Source: the human T2T-CHM13v2.0 reference genome, Homo sapiens
Length of the DNA: 64,000 bases
Assembly: GCF_009914755.1 (NCBI RefSeq)
Contig: NC_060942.1
Direction: 5' to 3' (one strand)
In this document: piece by piece, positions 1-13,315 of the stretch
Numbering within the stretch: the stretch's first letter is position 1
How the letters are laid out: each line of letters starts with the position of its first letter
Notes under the pieces: generated by a model
The model's input: only the letters and a program-made list of their open reading frames with translations
The model's database searches: none
Told to the model about the DNA's origin: nothing
Program-made: the position numbers and the translations under genes

Positions 1-190
1 CCTGCCTCAGCCTCCTGAGTAGCTGGGATTACAGGCATGCGCCACCATGCCCAGCTAATTTTGTATTTTTAGTAGAGATGAGGTTTCTCCATGTTGGTCA
101 GCCTGGTCTCGAGCTCCCAACCTCAGGTGATCTGCCTGTCTCGGCCTCCCAAAGTGCTGGGATTATAGGCGTGACCCACCACGCCCGGCC
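1..190 (-). mobile_element. Alu SINE (AluSp/Sq-like), cut by the window start
   Basis: Reverse-complement Alu ending ...cacgcccggcc; GGTTTCTCCATGTTGGTCAG and CCTCAGGTGATC are Sp/Sq-type diagnostics. Confidence 0.95.
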
Positions 191-279
191 TCTAATTGCA
201 TACATCTTTAAAGGCAGAGTTTTTCTGGTTGCATGTAGTAGAAGCAGTCAGAGTTATTCAAAGTACAAGGAAAAAATGA

Positions 280-595
280 ATGTAGCACTGCTGGCTTGAA
301 GGTGGAGGGACAATACGCATGGATTAGAGATCGGCCTCTAGGAGTTGTGAGCAATTCTTGGCTGATGACTGGCAAAAAAATGGAGACCTCAACAAAAATG
401 AGTTTGAAAACAGATTCATCTTCAAAGCCTCCAAAGAAGAGGCCAGCCTAGACAACACGTGACATTGTCCAACCTTAAAAAGAGAACCCCTCATAGCCTG
501 CCCAGATTTCCAACCTACAGAACAGTGATACAATAGATAAGTGCTGTTCAAGAAGCTCTGTGTGTGGTCATTTCTTATCCAGAAATAAAAACAAA
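280..595 (+). mobile_element. MaLR LTR fragment (MLT1E/F-like)
   Basis: Degenerate MLT1 3' half: ggcctctaggag..., acctacagaac..., then a run resembling the MLT1 terminus. Confidence 0.7.
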
Positions 596-3249
596 AGAAT
601 CCCCCAATAGAATGCCTTAATCTGGCAAACTTCTTCATCTTTCTGGACTCAGACAAATTTCTCTGTCTCGGGAGCCTTTGTTTTCCTAACTGAACTACGC
701 TCTCCCTGGTCTATGCTCCTTTCATACTTTTTGCATGTCCCAAGTTATTAATATTTCTCATTACATGATGTAATCATCACTTTACATACAGCTCAGTCTT
801 CAAGTATATTGCTGTATCTTAGAGATAAGTCATACATTAAGTATTATCGATGCTTTATTTATAATTATTTAATCAATGCTAAACGACTTCACTGATATCA
901 GTAAAAACAAAACCAAAAATTATCTTTATTTAAATTAGAAGCTATTCCCTAAAAATCTCTCCTCCAATAATTTTATGGTCTCTATATAATCAAGTTATGT
1001 AAGCAATGGAATATAAATAATTTAAAATAAATAGAATACTATTTTTAATTATTTTATTGCTTTATAGCTCAAGTTTTAGCATAGGTTTAAAAGTAGTACT
1101 GAAAATAATCTAGTTTATCTTTGAAACAAAAATCATGTCGTTTTTCTCCAGTCTGAACATGCCTACCTAACTGAGACTATGTCCTAGAACTAGTCACAAA
1201 CTCTCATGACAACAACTGAATTCTCAGTGGTATAAAATATAGACTTGGGGAATGCAATCCCTATTATCCCCTCAAGCTTGACGAATAAGTAACTTGAATG
1301 TATTAGTTTTTAATAATGCGCTTGGTAAAGCGTTTAAGGGAATTAAACTATAAAGATTTAAAAATAAATGGAAGGAGGGCATTCTTAATGAGTCATAGAA
1401 AAGATAGGAAATGTACTATTTTCCTTAATTATAAGGATATTTTCTTATCCATTTCTTTGCTACATTTGCTCAGGAAAAAATATCTCTAGATGACCAACAT
1501 GTGTCACTGAGCAGGAATAAGCTTCACAGTTATATACGTGTTTATAGTCTTCACTGCCCAAAAGCTCTATAGTACTTGACTTTTAAATCGTACTCCAAAG
1601 CAAATGATGTTAAAACACATAATTACAGAAATTTAACAAGTTAATGTTCAAGGATGTAAGTGAGAGTAAACAGATATAATGAGAAAAAATAACTGCCGTA
1701 ACATTAATTAACCAGCTTTGTATATTTTGGAAGTAAATACGTATTATTATTGATCTTATAACAGCAATTCGAACAACATACTCTTGCCCCTCTGTAACCA
1801 ATAATGTCTCAATTATTGCTTCCTAATTTAAAAGAGTCTGTTAATGCATACTAAATAATGTTCAGAAAAGGAAAGTTGCATTGAAAAATCACACAAAATA
1901 GTTCTATAATAATTTATTATTATTAATATTGTTATTATTATTTTAAGAGCAACAAGTCAAGAAGGTGGTAGAATTAAACATTCATACCTAGGAAGGTAAG
2001 CTAACCTATGTTTTAAAGTGAGCCATCATGATTCTTGGTTGGGACAGGGAGCCAGGTAATTATATTTTTTACTTTTCCAGCGGAACCAGTATTAGATCTT
2101 TATTTATTTGAAATCCAACAGTTTTACACTCTACAGTCCATTGTGAAGGCTATAGTCTAAACCCCTCAATGTAAGCCGAAACCTCTCAATGTTGATATTG
2201 GCTGTTACTCTCCATGATGAGAGTTATTTTTAAAGTGCTTCTAGGATATTCTAGTTTTAAATAGTAAGTCATTCTCATATGCACCCCAGAGCCCTGGAAA
2301 ACCAGTGATAGATGTACACACCACCGCCTTAATGTATCAACTATACATGACTAATAGAAAATAACATATTGAAAGATGTTCTGAGGACAATTTTGTGCCT
2401 TTTACCCCTTACCTCTTAAGTCAACTTCTGTGTTGCTGTATAAGTATATATTCACCATTTTATGATGGGATGGGAGCAAGATAATTTAAAACTCATACTT
2501 AAGATATTTGATATTGATCATTTAAAATATGGGTGAGCTAAGATGCCTACTTGTTTGAAATACAGTAATCAGAATAAATTTCTAGCTTCCTTTGAAGCAA
2601 CATTTGAAGTTATCGTAGAATTTATAAATTAATGGTGCAGCCAAGAAATTATCTGAAGTAGGAAACTTAAATTATTTCTAGTCCTGACTGGAGCAGAGCC
2701 ATTTGAGGAATCAGTCGCATGCAGGAAAACACTGTGTGACATATTTGGGGAATTAAAGATGACTATTGGTGAAATTAGGTGAGTAGTGATTAAAATCTTT
2801 TTTAAAAAATACTTTTTTAAAAAACTTTAAATGATTTTTTAAATTTGCTATTAGAGTTCACATTTTGCCTTCATCAAATATTTTAATAACTCCAAGTAGT
2901 TTGCCATTACTCTAACTCAGCTAAATAACAATTCTTTAAATATTCTGTCTTTTGTATCTCAAGAATGCAATATCTGCTCAGCTTTTAGGTCACATTTATA
3001 TTTGCTTATGTGCCTATTTATTGACTGTATTAATTTAATATAAATTTATATAAAATATAAATTTATTATATAAAAATTGTCTTTATCACCACATACGCCT
3101 GCTCATAATATAAAATGCATACATATATTTCAAATATTTGTCATATGTTATGTAATATGTAATGTTATATAATATATTCTTCACCAATACTTTATTTCTT
3201 ACTAGAAAATAAATGAGACTCCCAATTATTGTTTAACGCACTGTAAAGT

Positions 3250-3335
3250 ACTGTCATTCATAAGACACATTCTAAATTCAGTTATTAAAAATGTGAAAAA
3301 AGCTATATACTTTACAATTCATGGAAAATTGTATA
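3250..3335. mobile_element. Possible Tc2-type DNA transposon end (MER104/Kanga-like)
   Basis: taagacacattctaaattcag...ttaaaaatgtgaaaaaa...ggaaaattgta resembles the MER104 terminus; short and degenerate. Confidence 0.4.
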
Positions 3336-5186
3336 GTTTTAAATGTATGTATTATAAAATTTTATCTCTAATTTCTTCAGCATGAAGATTAGGAAACTTA
3401 ACCGTGCATAACATAGCTTTAATTTCTGATATTACTACCTTGGATTTTTAAAAGTGAGAAAAAAATATCATTTGGTTACATAAGTGATGTTCAGAAGAGA
3501 TTTGTAGTTTTTAAACAGAAAACTCCAAAATAGTAATTAAGATACCCTGCTCCTACAGATTTGACATAAGTCAGACACTAACAAATAAACTACTGCTGGC
3601 AACATAACTTCCTTTTAAACTTACCCTAAAAATGGCCTTTAAAAATTAGTTTAACTAATAACTGATTATTAATACAGTTTTTCAAGTAAGTTACATGAGG
3701 TTCAAGACACATCTTTTTAACAAAGCTCTCTAATATTGAACATAGAGTTAGCAAGTATTATTGAAAATTTTTCTTAGTTTATTATTCTCTACTCATAAAT
3801 AAAAAGACATATATTTATCGATTCTTCTTTCACCCCCCATTTTATTAAACTGTTCAAAAGAGTCTGCTCTTTTCATGCTAACTTGAGATATTTTCTGATA
3901 ATGAATATATCAGTATTTTTGTTTGAAATCTAACTTTGTTTTATTGGCACAAAACTCTCTTTTATTTGTTTAATAGCATCATCTTAAATAATAGTTTTAA
4001 GTTGCACCATAATTTTCATTCTTCAAAAATTGGATAAAGTTGCAAATATATCATGAATTAGTACATAATATATTTAATTTTATGTATTTATTAGAAATAC
4101 ATAATTAAGTTGCAAATTTATTAAGTGTTAATATTTGCACATTTATTCGCTAAAAATAATATAAGATTACTACAGGATATGATCACCAAATTATTTTTAA
4201 GAAAAAGGGAGCTAAGATTTAGAAGTTTTATTTTAATTTCAAATGTAAAACAGAAAATAAATAAAATGACCTTAGCTTTAAAGACAACGGTCTTTGCAAT
4301 TACTTGTTTGTCTATTGCATAAACCTAAATCATCACCAATATCAAAAATGAAAATGTCAGCCAAATTGGATCACATATTTTACTCAAATTTAATTCTGAT
4401 AATGCTCAAGTAATTGCTAGAAATTGAAAACCTTTCTACTTGTATGACCACCTAAATATTTTTTTCCTACGTTATAATTTTGGAGGATTGCACTGAACAT
4501 GCTGCATCTATACAAGAGAAACACAATGTTCCTCTCTGATGTTTGGAACTGACAATGCCAGTCCTCATTCTTCTTCAACTCTTTACCTCAACACTAATGA
4601 ATTTTTTCAATTCTTTACAAAAACAGAGTCAAGAGGGAGGAATATTTTCATAGTCATTGTTTCACAAGAAGAGAGGATATATAATTCCCTTTTCCCAACA
4701 TAAAATTTGCTTTCTAATTTTCTATCAATTAAAAGAAAGGATGCAAATTAATAAATGATTAATTACTAGTTTGATTTCCTAGCAAAACAAGATTCACATG
4801 AATTATAGTCTCATATTTCAAAGGAAATACCATTCTTAAATCACTGATATGAGAAAGTAATCATTCTAACACCATTAAATAAGATGATAGTTAACCGTGT
4901 TTAACATTAGGATTGTTAAATTTCTCAGACATACTTTCTATACACCTTCCATATCGAAGAATGAAGTCTCAAGTCATTAGCTTGGCAAAGGTGAGTGGTT
5001 AACATCAGTTTGCAATAACAAAATGAAGTCATGGAAAATAAATATAAATAAATAAAAAGGTTTGCATGGCTTTAATAATTCAACACCATGGGTAAGAAAA
5101 AATGGTAAATATTTGAACAATGCTTTTCCCTTCCTCCAGCAGAAGAAAGAATTTGATATTTACCACAATGCTACATGTATACTATG

Positions 5187-5330
5187 TTTATTTTATTTAT
5201 TTATTTTTTATACTTTAGGTTCTAGGGTACATGTGCACAAAGAGCAGGTTTGTTACGTATGTATATATGTGCCATGTTGGTGTGCTGCACCCATTAACTC
5301 ATCATTTACAATAGGTATTTCTCTTAATGC
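5187..5330 (-). mobile_element. L1PA (about PA5/6) 3' end, heavily 5'-truncated
   Basis: T-rich tail followed by tactttaggttctagggtacatgtgcac...taatgc, the reverse complement of the L1PA 3'UTR. Confidence 0.93.
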
Positions 5331-5895
5331 CACACCAAAAAGTTACCTCAGCCTAGGAGTCCCTGAATTTCCATATCATTATCTACGTAAGCCTGCAGTT
5401 CGAAAACATATTGCTAAGGCTAATTGGCAGGGGAACTAGTGAAATTAATCGAGATAAGATTAATGTGAGGGAGGTAGTGGACTTTCTTTTCCTTCAATTA
5501 AAGTAATCAGTTCATTTGAATATATAAGAAACCAAAAGGTGTCCACAGAGAACTATACTTGAATTGTGAGAGTGCATACAGTTCAAAGAGAGAGAGAGAA
5601 CATTATGTCCATCTTCAGGCTTAACCAAATCTTCCAAAATGTTTTCTGGTCACATAAACTTCTCTATTCTTTCATTTCTTATAGGATTTATTGCAGATCA
5701 CATCCCACATTTGAAAAAATAAATGATTCATTATAGTATACATTGTAGGTGTTTATTATTTTCAATAAATTTTCTTCAAGTTTCAAGTGCATATAGAGAC
5801 CAAAACCTTTTCGTCTTACAGAAAACACCGCTTTTTTTCCCCCAATGTTTCTTGTAGAGTGTTAAAGATAAATTAAGTTATTAAAAGCGGTTGTT

Positions 5896-6148
5896 GCATA
5901 TTCTCACTCATAGGTGGGAACTGAATAATGAGAACACATGGACACAGGAAGGGGAACATCACACTCTGGGGCCTGTCGTGGCGTTGGGGGAGGTGGGAGG
6001 GATAGCATTAGGAGATATACCTCATGCTAGATGACGAGTTAGTGGGTGCAGCACACCAGCATGGCACATGTATACATATGTAACTAACCTGCACATTGTG
6101 CACATGTACCCTAGAACTTAAAGTATAATAAAAAATAAATAAATAAAT
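5896..6148 (+). mobile_element. L1PA (about PA3) 3'UTR with A-tail and 13-bp TSD
   Basis: ttctcactcataggtgggaa...ctagaacttaaagtataataa; TSD aaaagcggttgtt (5883-5895) vs aaaagtggttgtt (6149-6161). Confidence 0.96.
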
Positions 6149-6952
6149 AAAAGTGGTTGTTAATTCAGAGATATTTTCTTTACAGATTTACTTTAAAGAC
6201 TCACTGTTATTTAAGTCCATTAAGTTACAGTCAGGAATGTGAGCGTTTCAGATCTTTGACCTATTTCCCATTTTCACTTTTCATAGCCTGACTGCCTAGT
6301 TAAAAATAAAAAGGAAAGTCATTGCTCATGATATTAGTGTGTCATAGTAAAAACTTAATATTTTTTCAAATTAATATTAATAATAATATTAATAACCATT
6401 TGGCTAAAAGCCATTTTTCTCTCTGCATCCTGAAGTGTTATGCAAATAATTAAAGATGTCCTGATATTAAATTTTAACTCTAGAGAGTAAAGCATGACAT
6501 TTGCTTAAAAAGAGTAATTTTAGATAAGAGAAACATAAATTTATTGAAAGAAGTTTTATTTTATTGCTCCACCACTAGTGAGTAGATATGGCTTCAAGGA
6601 GATCAAACACTTATAAAGTGAGTATGAAAACTACAAGAAAAAAATACTCAATGAAATACAACCTCCTGCAGGCAAGTATGTAGAAAAAAATCATACAAAT
6701 ATTGGGGATTAGATAGAAGAAGTATATAGTGCATATATACTACATATTTATAAACAGTACACTCTCACTGACATGACTTTTTAAACCAGATTGCACTTCT
6801 GCCAAATACTACCTCCCTTAAAGGCATTTTTATTAGTACTTCTGTCTGCATTCTCAATGGCAGATTACATCAATAATCTAAGGCTTCATTCCTGCCATAA
6901 AGGGCACTCTTAAAAGTTTACACATTAATTTGATTTTTTACAATTAATATAC

Positions 6953-8064
6953 TTTTATTTATTATTTATTTTTGTTTTTATTTTTCTAAATTTTAATTGG
7001 CTTTTGGAGAACAGGTGGTTTTTCATTACATGAGTAATTTCTTTAGTGGTGATTTGTGAGATCTTGATGCACCCATCACCTGAGCAGTATAGATGAACCC
7101 CATTTGTAGTCTTCTATCCCTCACCACTCTCCTATCCTTTCCCCCAAGTCCCCAAAATCCATTTTATTATTCTTATGCTTTTGCATCCTCATAGCTTAGC
7201 TCTCGCTTATGGGTGAGAACATATGATGTTTGGTTTTTCATTCCTGAGTTACTTAAAAAGACAGTCTCCAATTACATCCAGGTTGCTGCAAATGTCATTA
7301 ATTTATTCCTTTTCATGGCAGAGTAGTTATTCCATTTTATACATATATATGTATACGTATGTATATATGTATGTATGTGTATATGTATACCATATTTTAT
7401 ATATATAATCACAGTTTATTTTTCTATTCATTGATGGGCATTTGGGCTGGTTCCACATTTTTGCAATTTTGAATTGTGCTGATAAAAATAAATGCGTGTG
7501 CAAGAATCTTGTTGGTACAATCACTTCTTTTCTTCTGGGTAGATCCCCAGTAGTGGGATTGCTGGATCAAATAGTGGTTCTGCTTTTAGTTTTTTAAGGA
7601 ATCTCCACACTGTTTTCCACAGTGCATGTACTAGTTTACATTCCCATTAGTAGGGTGGTATCACATTTTGGGTTTGATTTGCATTTCCATTTTCCTGATC
7701 ATTAGTGACGTTCAGTATTTTTTCATATGTTTGTTAGCCATTTGTATATCTTCTTTTGAGAATCATCTATTTATGTCCTTAGCCCACTGAACACTATACA
7801 AATTCTAGAAGATAACATTGGAAAAACCTCTACTAGACACTGGCTTAGGGAAAGACTTCATGACCAGGAACCCAGAAGCAAATACAACAAAAACAAAGAT
7901 AAATAGACGTGACTTAATTAAACTAAAGAGATTCTGCATAACAAAAGGAACAGTCAACAGAGTAAACAGAAAACCCACAGAGTGGAGAAAATCCTTATCC
8001 ATCTGACAAAGAACTAATGTCCAGAATCTACAAGGAACTCAAACAAATTAGCAGGAAAAAAAAA
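6953..8064 (-). mobile_element. L1PB-type insertion with 5' inversion (6953-7788 minus; 7789-8064 plus)
   Basis: L1PB 3'UTR (gatgcacccatcacctgagcagtat) on the minus strand, then ORF2 C-terminal sequence on the plus strand (ORF 7818..8006 is L1 ORF2-like). Confidence 0.9.
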
Positions 8065-8069
8065 TATTT

Positions 8070-8830
8070 CATAGACTTTTAAACAGCAGTTTTAGATGCA
8101 GAAAAATTGAACAAAAATAGTATAGAGTTACCATATAGTTTCTGTCCCAAACTCCTACAGTTTCCTCTTAAACAATTTTTATTAGTGTAGTACATGTGTT
8201 ATACTTGATTAACCCATGTTAACATATCAGTATCAACAAAAGTCCATAATTTACATCAGAGTTCACTCTTGCTTTGTAAAGTTCTGTGGGTCTTGAAAAA
8301 TGCAAGATGTTACATCCCACTATTCCAGTATCATAACTACCACTCACAGTATTCACTTCCTAAGAATTCCCTTTGTTTTGTTATCCCTCTCCACCTCCTC
8401 TTAAACCCTTAGCATGCACTGACCTTTTTACTGTTATCTACGGTTTTGCCTTTTCCAGAATGTCATATAGTTGGAATCACAAACATCTTGTTTTTTTTTG
8501 GATTATTAACTTTGCTCTATGCATTTATGATGCCCTTATATTTTCTTGTGGCTTGATAGATAATTTCTTGAATCACTAAATAATATGGCACTGTATAACT
8601 GTATCAATTTGTTTATCCATTTGCCCATTGAAGAATATCATGTTTGCTTCCAGTATTGGTGATTATGAATAAAGCTTCTAGATACAGTTACATGCAGGTT
8701 TGCTTTTATTTTATTTGGAAATGAAAGTGGTGATTGTAATTTCTGGATCATATGGTTAGACTATGTTTCGCTTTGTAATAAATAGTTTGATTTTGAGTGC
8801 AACAGTTTCTGCAGATTGTATATTCCTCAA
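8070..8830 (-). mobile_element. Old L1 3' end (L1MC/L1MD-like)
   Basis: agcagttttaga...aaaagtccataatttacatcagagttcactctt...ccagaatgtcatatagttggaatca motifs. Confidence 0.8.
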
Positions 8831-9149
8831 ATGGACATGGAAGGGATTTTTTTTTTTTTTTGGTATGACAAAAATAAGCTATTCTTGGAACAACAAAAAA
8901 CAAGTAATACTGATGTTCTTTGTTTGTTTTAAAAACCTTACAAAGGGGAAAATGAAGAAAAAAGTTTGGTAATTGTTGAAGGTATATTATTTTCCAGGCA
9001 CTGTGTGCAATTTTTTGTGTGTGTATACCGTTAGGAAAGGCAACCTTATGTGCACCGTTTTTTTGCACTTCATGCTTGACCTAATAAGAATGGGCCTTGG
9101 GCCTGGACCACTTTCTTATCAAGATATAAGAAAGCCCACACAGCCACTA

Positions 9150-9266
9150 TAAGGAGGGCTCTGCCTCATGATCCTCCCCAGGGACCCATCCCACAATGCT
9201 ATCACATTGGCGATTAGGTTTCAACACATAAACTTTGCGGGAACAGAAAAATTCAGATCATAGCAA
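9150..9266 (-). mobile_element. MaLR LTR fragment (MST/MLT1A-like)
   Basis: atcacattggcgattaggtttcaacacat...ttcagatcatagca is the reverse-complement LTR start. Confidence 0.75.
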
Positions 9267-9554
9267 TGAGTAAAATCATTGTTCTCCCAGTGCTTGACCC
9301 TGTTGTGTTTTCCTTGGGGACTCTGATACCAAGATACAGGGGCAGAAGTGTTTAACTTCTCTTCCTGGTGGTTGGCATAATGATGATCTTTGCTATTGTC
9401 CATGTAGTTGGAGTCCTCCCATGGCATCGGTCACCAGTACAATGTTCTGCTTGATACATATACATTATAGAATAAACCTTTGAACTATTCGTTATTGAGT
9501 TTCAGAGACTCATTTGATTATGTTCTCACCTCTTGTAAGTAAATTCATGGGTCA

Positions 9555-9950
9555 TCATAGTCAAAAACAGAAAGCAATGCAAATGGCCATCTAATGTATT
9601 ATTGATACAGAAATAATTATATATTCTTACAATGGACAATCATACAGATAAAAAGAATTATTGATATGAGCAACAGGATGAAGTATCTGTGAGAGATCAA
9701 ATTTTGTGAAAGAAGCTTGACTTGAAATAGTGTACACCATGATTCTATTTATATGAATTTGTAAGTCTTCTGTTAAAGTCAGAATAAACATTATGTTTGT
9801 GCGAATGAATATAGAAAAATTGACATAGAAACATTATGTAGTGCTGTCTTTGTCTTGATCTAAGTGTTATTTACATTGGTGTTTACACATAAAAATCATT
9901 AAGTCAAACAAAGATGACCTGTTCTTTGGTTACTTCATTTATGTACATTA
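9555..9950 (+). mobile_element. L1ME-like 3' fragment
   Basis: Degenerate L1M 3'UTR motifs (tatattcttacaatgga; atgattctatttatatgaa; cttgatctaagtg). Confidence 0.6.
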
Positions 9951-10206
9951 TTGCTCAAGAAGGACGTAAATGCTAAGATTTATAAATATTTCACTATAAT
10001 AACCCCAAGTATGTGGGAAAGATAGTTGCTGTTTAAACATGGTAGATTAAAGGATAAATCAAGTGGATTCTTACAACTGTTAGGAAGCAGCCTACTCATA
10101 AAAAGGGATTGTGTCCCAGGAGCTTCAAGAACTTACTTACCAAATACTTAGTTATAAATTCCTCTTTTATTTCTATTCCTTTCTGTTATCCATAGCTGTT
10201 ACGGTG

Positions 10207-10569
10207 TGTATCAGTTGGTTCTCATGCTGCTAATAAAGACATACCCAAGTTTGGGTAATTTATAAAGGAAAGAGGTTGTTGGACTCGTAGTTTTACATTG
10301 CTGGGGAAGCCTCACAGTCATAGCAGAAGGTGAATGAGGAGCGAAGTCACATCATACATGGCAGCAGGCAAGAGAGCTTGTGCAGGGGAACTCCCCATTG
10401 TAAAACCATCAGATCTTGTGAGGCTTATTTACTATCATTAGAACAGCACAGGAAAGACCCACCCTCATGATTCAATTACCTCCCACTAGGTCCCTCCCAT
10501 GACACATGGAAAATATGGGGACTACAGTTCAAGACAAGATTTAGGTGAGGACAGAGCCAAACCATATAA
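10207..10569 (-). mobile_element. THE1 (C/D-like) solo LTR, MaLR
   Basis: tgtatcagt...gctaataaagacataccc...cagagccaaaccatat; about 363 bp; degenerate 5-bp TSD cggtg/tggta. Confidence 0.93.
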
Positions 10570-10959
10570 TGGTATTTGGTTAGACACAGCAGGGCTACAG
10601 GAAATTAAAAGAGAATTTCTTGTGCTGCTTTGATTAGAAAGCTGATGTACGGGTTTAACACCACCGTCTATTTGGGATGTAGCATTAGATTTAGTGACAT
10701 GCTCAGAGAAAAATATTGAAACTCGTGGTTAAAGAATTAAATCTTTGAAATTTTCCTGTCCTTCCATCTATGGAATGCTATTTTCACTTTTTTCCTAGGG
10801 GATTCCGGCATGATTTTATGAAAGGAGCTAATAGGCTGCCTAAAATGTCCACTGATACATTCTAAATCTTGTAAAAAGATAGCTCTTTTGGTCTTGACAA
10901 AATAGCGTAGACTCGTCTCTCTCTCTCTACTCCTCTCCACTAATCATGCCTGTATACCC

Positions 10960-12370
10960 TGGAAGTAATACAAGAGACAATAAAAGATAACTGAAAGTTG
11001 AGAACAAAGAGGTGAACTATTTTGGGAACACATGGCATCAGTTGGTTGTCTTACAAATGCTCCCTCCCCAACAGACCAAGTCCCAGTATTTCTCAAATTC
11101 CAACCAGGCAAAAAAAAAAAAAAAACAAAAAAACAAAAAAAAACGCTGCCTAGGCAGGCTCATTCTTTTCCTGATTGAATAGGAATCTTGCCATCACCAC
11201 CAGGTGAGTCTGGAAGAACTGGCAAGAGAAGCCAATGAGTAGTATGTGGCAGCCATCTGCCAGGGAAAGCACCACTTCTCCACCAGGGCTGAGACCCCAA
11301 GTCCCCCACACTCCCATCAAGGGCATAGCATAGCAGGCAGAGGACACTGTCAAGGGACTCCCAGCACAATACCATCTAGTCTGGCAGGTGTTCTTCATAA
11401 ACACAGAGTCTGAGGCCTCTCTCTCCCATTCAGGAAAACTATGTGGCTGAGCAGTCTGAGGATCCTGTCACTGGAAGTGCTTAGAGCTGGAAGCCTCTTC
11501 CTTGCTCTGGGCCTGAGATCTTCCCCCTCTAGCACGGAGATATGGGGCAGCAGCAGGTAGCAATGGCTAGAGGAATCCCACCACCACAAGAAACTGACTT
11601 GGGAAGCACATTTTATCTCCACCAACCAGAGACTGTCTTCACATACCGATGGGCAACAGGTGGTCTGACCTTCCTCCTTCCCTCTCCAGCATCACCAGGA
11701 GGAAGCAGAGGGAGCCCAGGTGGCATAAGATAAATCATGCAGACCAAAAATACAAAGTCTATAAGAGTTAAACCGTGACTGGAGATATAGCCCAGAAGAG
11801 TAGGTCAGGACCTTCATGCCAAAACTAAACAGTGTTATTGGCTAAAGAAAACTAAACAGTGTTACTAAAATAAGGCCTTATCTATGAGTCTCCTAACATA
11901 ACAGACACAATGTGCAGAACACAATGGAAAGCCACCTGTTGCATGAAGAACCAATAAAATTACAACTTGAATGAGAGAAACAGTCAACTGACACTGATGC
12001 TGAGATCAATCCGACATTGAAATTATCTAAAAAAATTAAAGATATTTTCATAAAATAATTATAAAAATAATGAAAATATCAAAAATTTTAACACAGAAAT
12101 AGAAGTTAGGAGAAAGAACCTAATGGAGATGGTAGAACTCACAAATACAATAATGGCAGCAGCCGACTTTTTGAATGGGCACCACAGAAGAGTGGAGATG
12201 ACAGAACGGAGCAGTAAACTTGAAGATAGATCAGAAGACTCTACCCAATGTGAACAAAAGAGAGAAAAGAGAATGAAAAAGAAATGGATAAAGCTCTAGA
12301 GACCCGCTCTAGAGACCTGCGAGAAATAATGAAGAGATCCGACATTTATATCATTGGATTCCCAGAAGGA
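10960..12370 (+). mobile_element. Old L1M 5' region and ORF1 remnant
   Basis: 11930-12370 has ORF1-like sequence (gaaatagaag..., aacttgaagatagatca, cattggattcccagaagga). The GC-richer 10960-11900 is inferred to be 5'UTR, with lower certainty. Confidence 0.65.
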
Positions 12371-13315
12371 ACCCGATTTTCCCAAAGACCTAGAAGATTG
12401 TAGAACAAGAGACTGGGACAATAATAAAATTGTCCACAAAAAATAATAATAGTATTGCCAAGAGTCTTAAGAAGGCAGTGGGAGAGGGCAAAGAAAAATC
12501 TAACAATTTTGTTGATAATGCTAACCAGAAATACTAACAATTTTGCTGCCAAAAATCTGTTGAATTTCCAAAAATCTCAGAGTCTGGTACTAATTTGAGC
12601 ATAAATCTGCATTCAACATAAATTCTGAGAAGAGATGAAATAAATAGAGTCTAATATTTTGATTCAGGTGTAAGGCAACATTTTATATTAAGTATAGATA
12701 ATAATAATCTAAATGTTGGCAATAAAAGTAATAAATATCATATAGTAGCAGTATTTTTTTTACTTAATCCTTTGTCATTTCTATTTATTTCATCTGTATA
12801 CTCATCATTTTACAAATATATTTTTCTGGAATGTCAAAAAGCAAAGAATAACAAGGCATATACATTCATATATAAATACTTTTTTAAAAAATGAGATTCG
12901 AAGATTAAGTTAATTTGAGATAACAAGAAAATCTCAAAAGAGGGAAAATTGAGCTCTATAGTCCTCAAAATCAGTAAAAATCTGCTGTCATTTATTTGAA
13001 TATGGTAGAACGTCCTTTGTATAGAGAGAGGAACACCGAGGAGACAAATCTTATTTTAGTCGGCTTCCGCAGTCTCCCATCTCCTGCCCTTCTTTCCACA
13101 ACAATGGGTCCTCTTCATTAACATCTATAAAATCATGCTACAGAAACCACAGTTTCCACAGTTTGCCCGGCTTCAACTGTTCAGTGACTTTTTAACCAGC
13201 AGATAGTTCAAATTTTGATTTTGTAAATAAGGGTAAATTGCAAGATCTCTTTTATTGTATCTCTGGGCACCATTTTTCCTTCATATTTCCCCTGTAACTA
13301 AATTCAATAATGTCT

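Noticed and set aside
11150-11750. GC-richer patch with overlapping ORFs, a possible promoter or exon
   Set aside because: CpG-poor and directly upstream of an L1 ORF1 remnant; best explained as old L1 5'UTR.
11821-11864. Direct repeat aaaactaaacagtgtta twice (and gctctagagacc twice near 12293-12317)
   Set aside because: Two-copy slippage duplications inside a decayed L1; not a repeat-spacer array.
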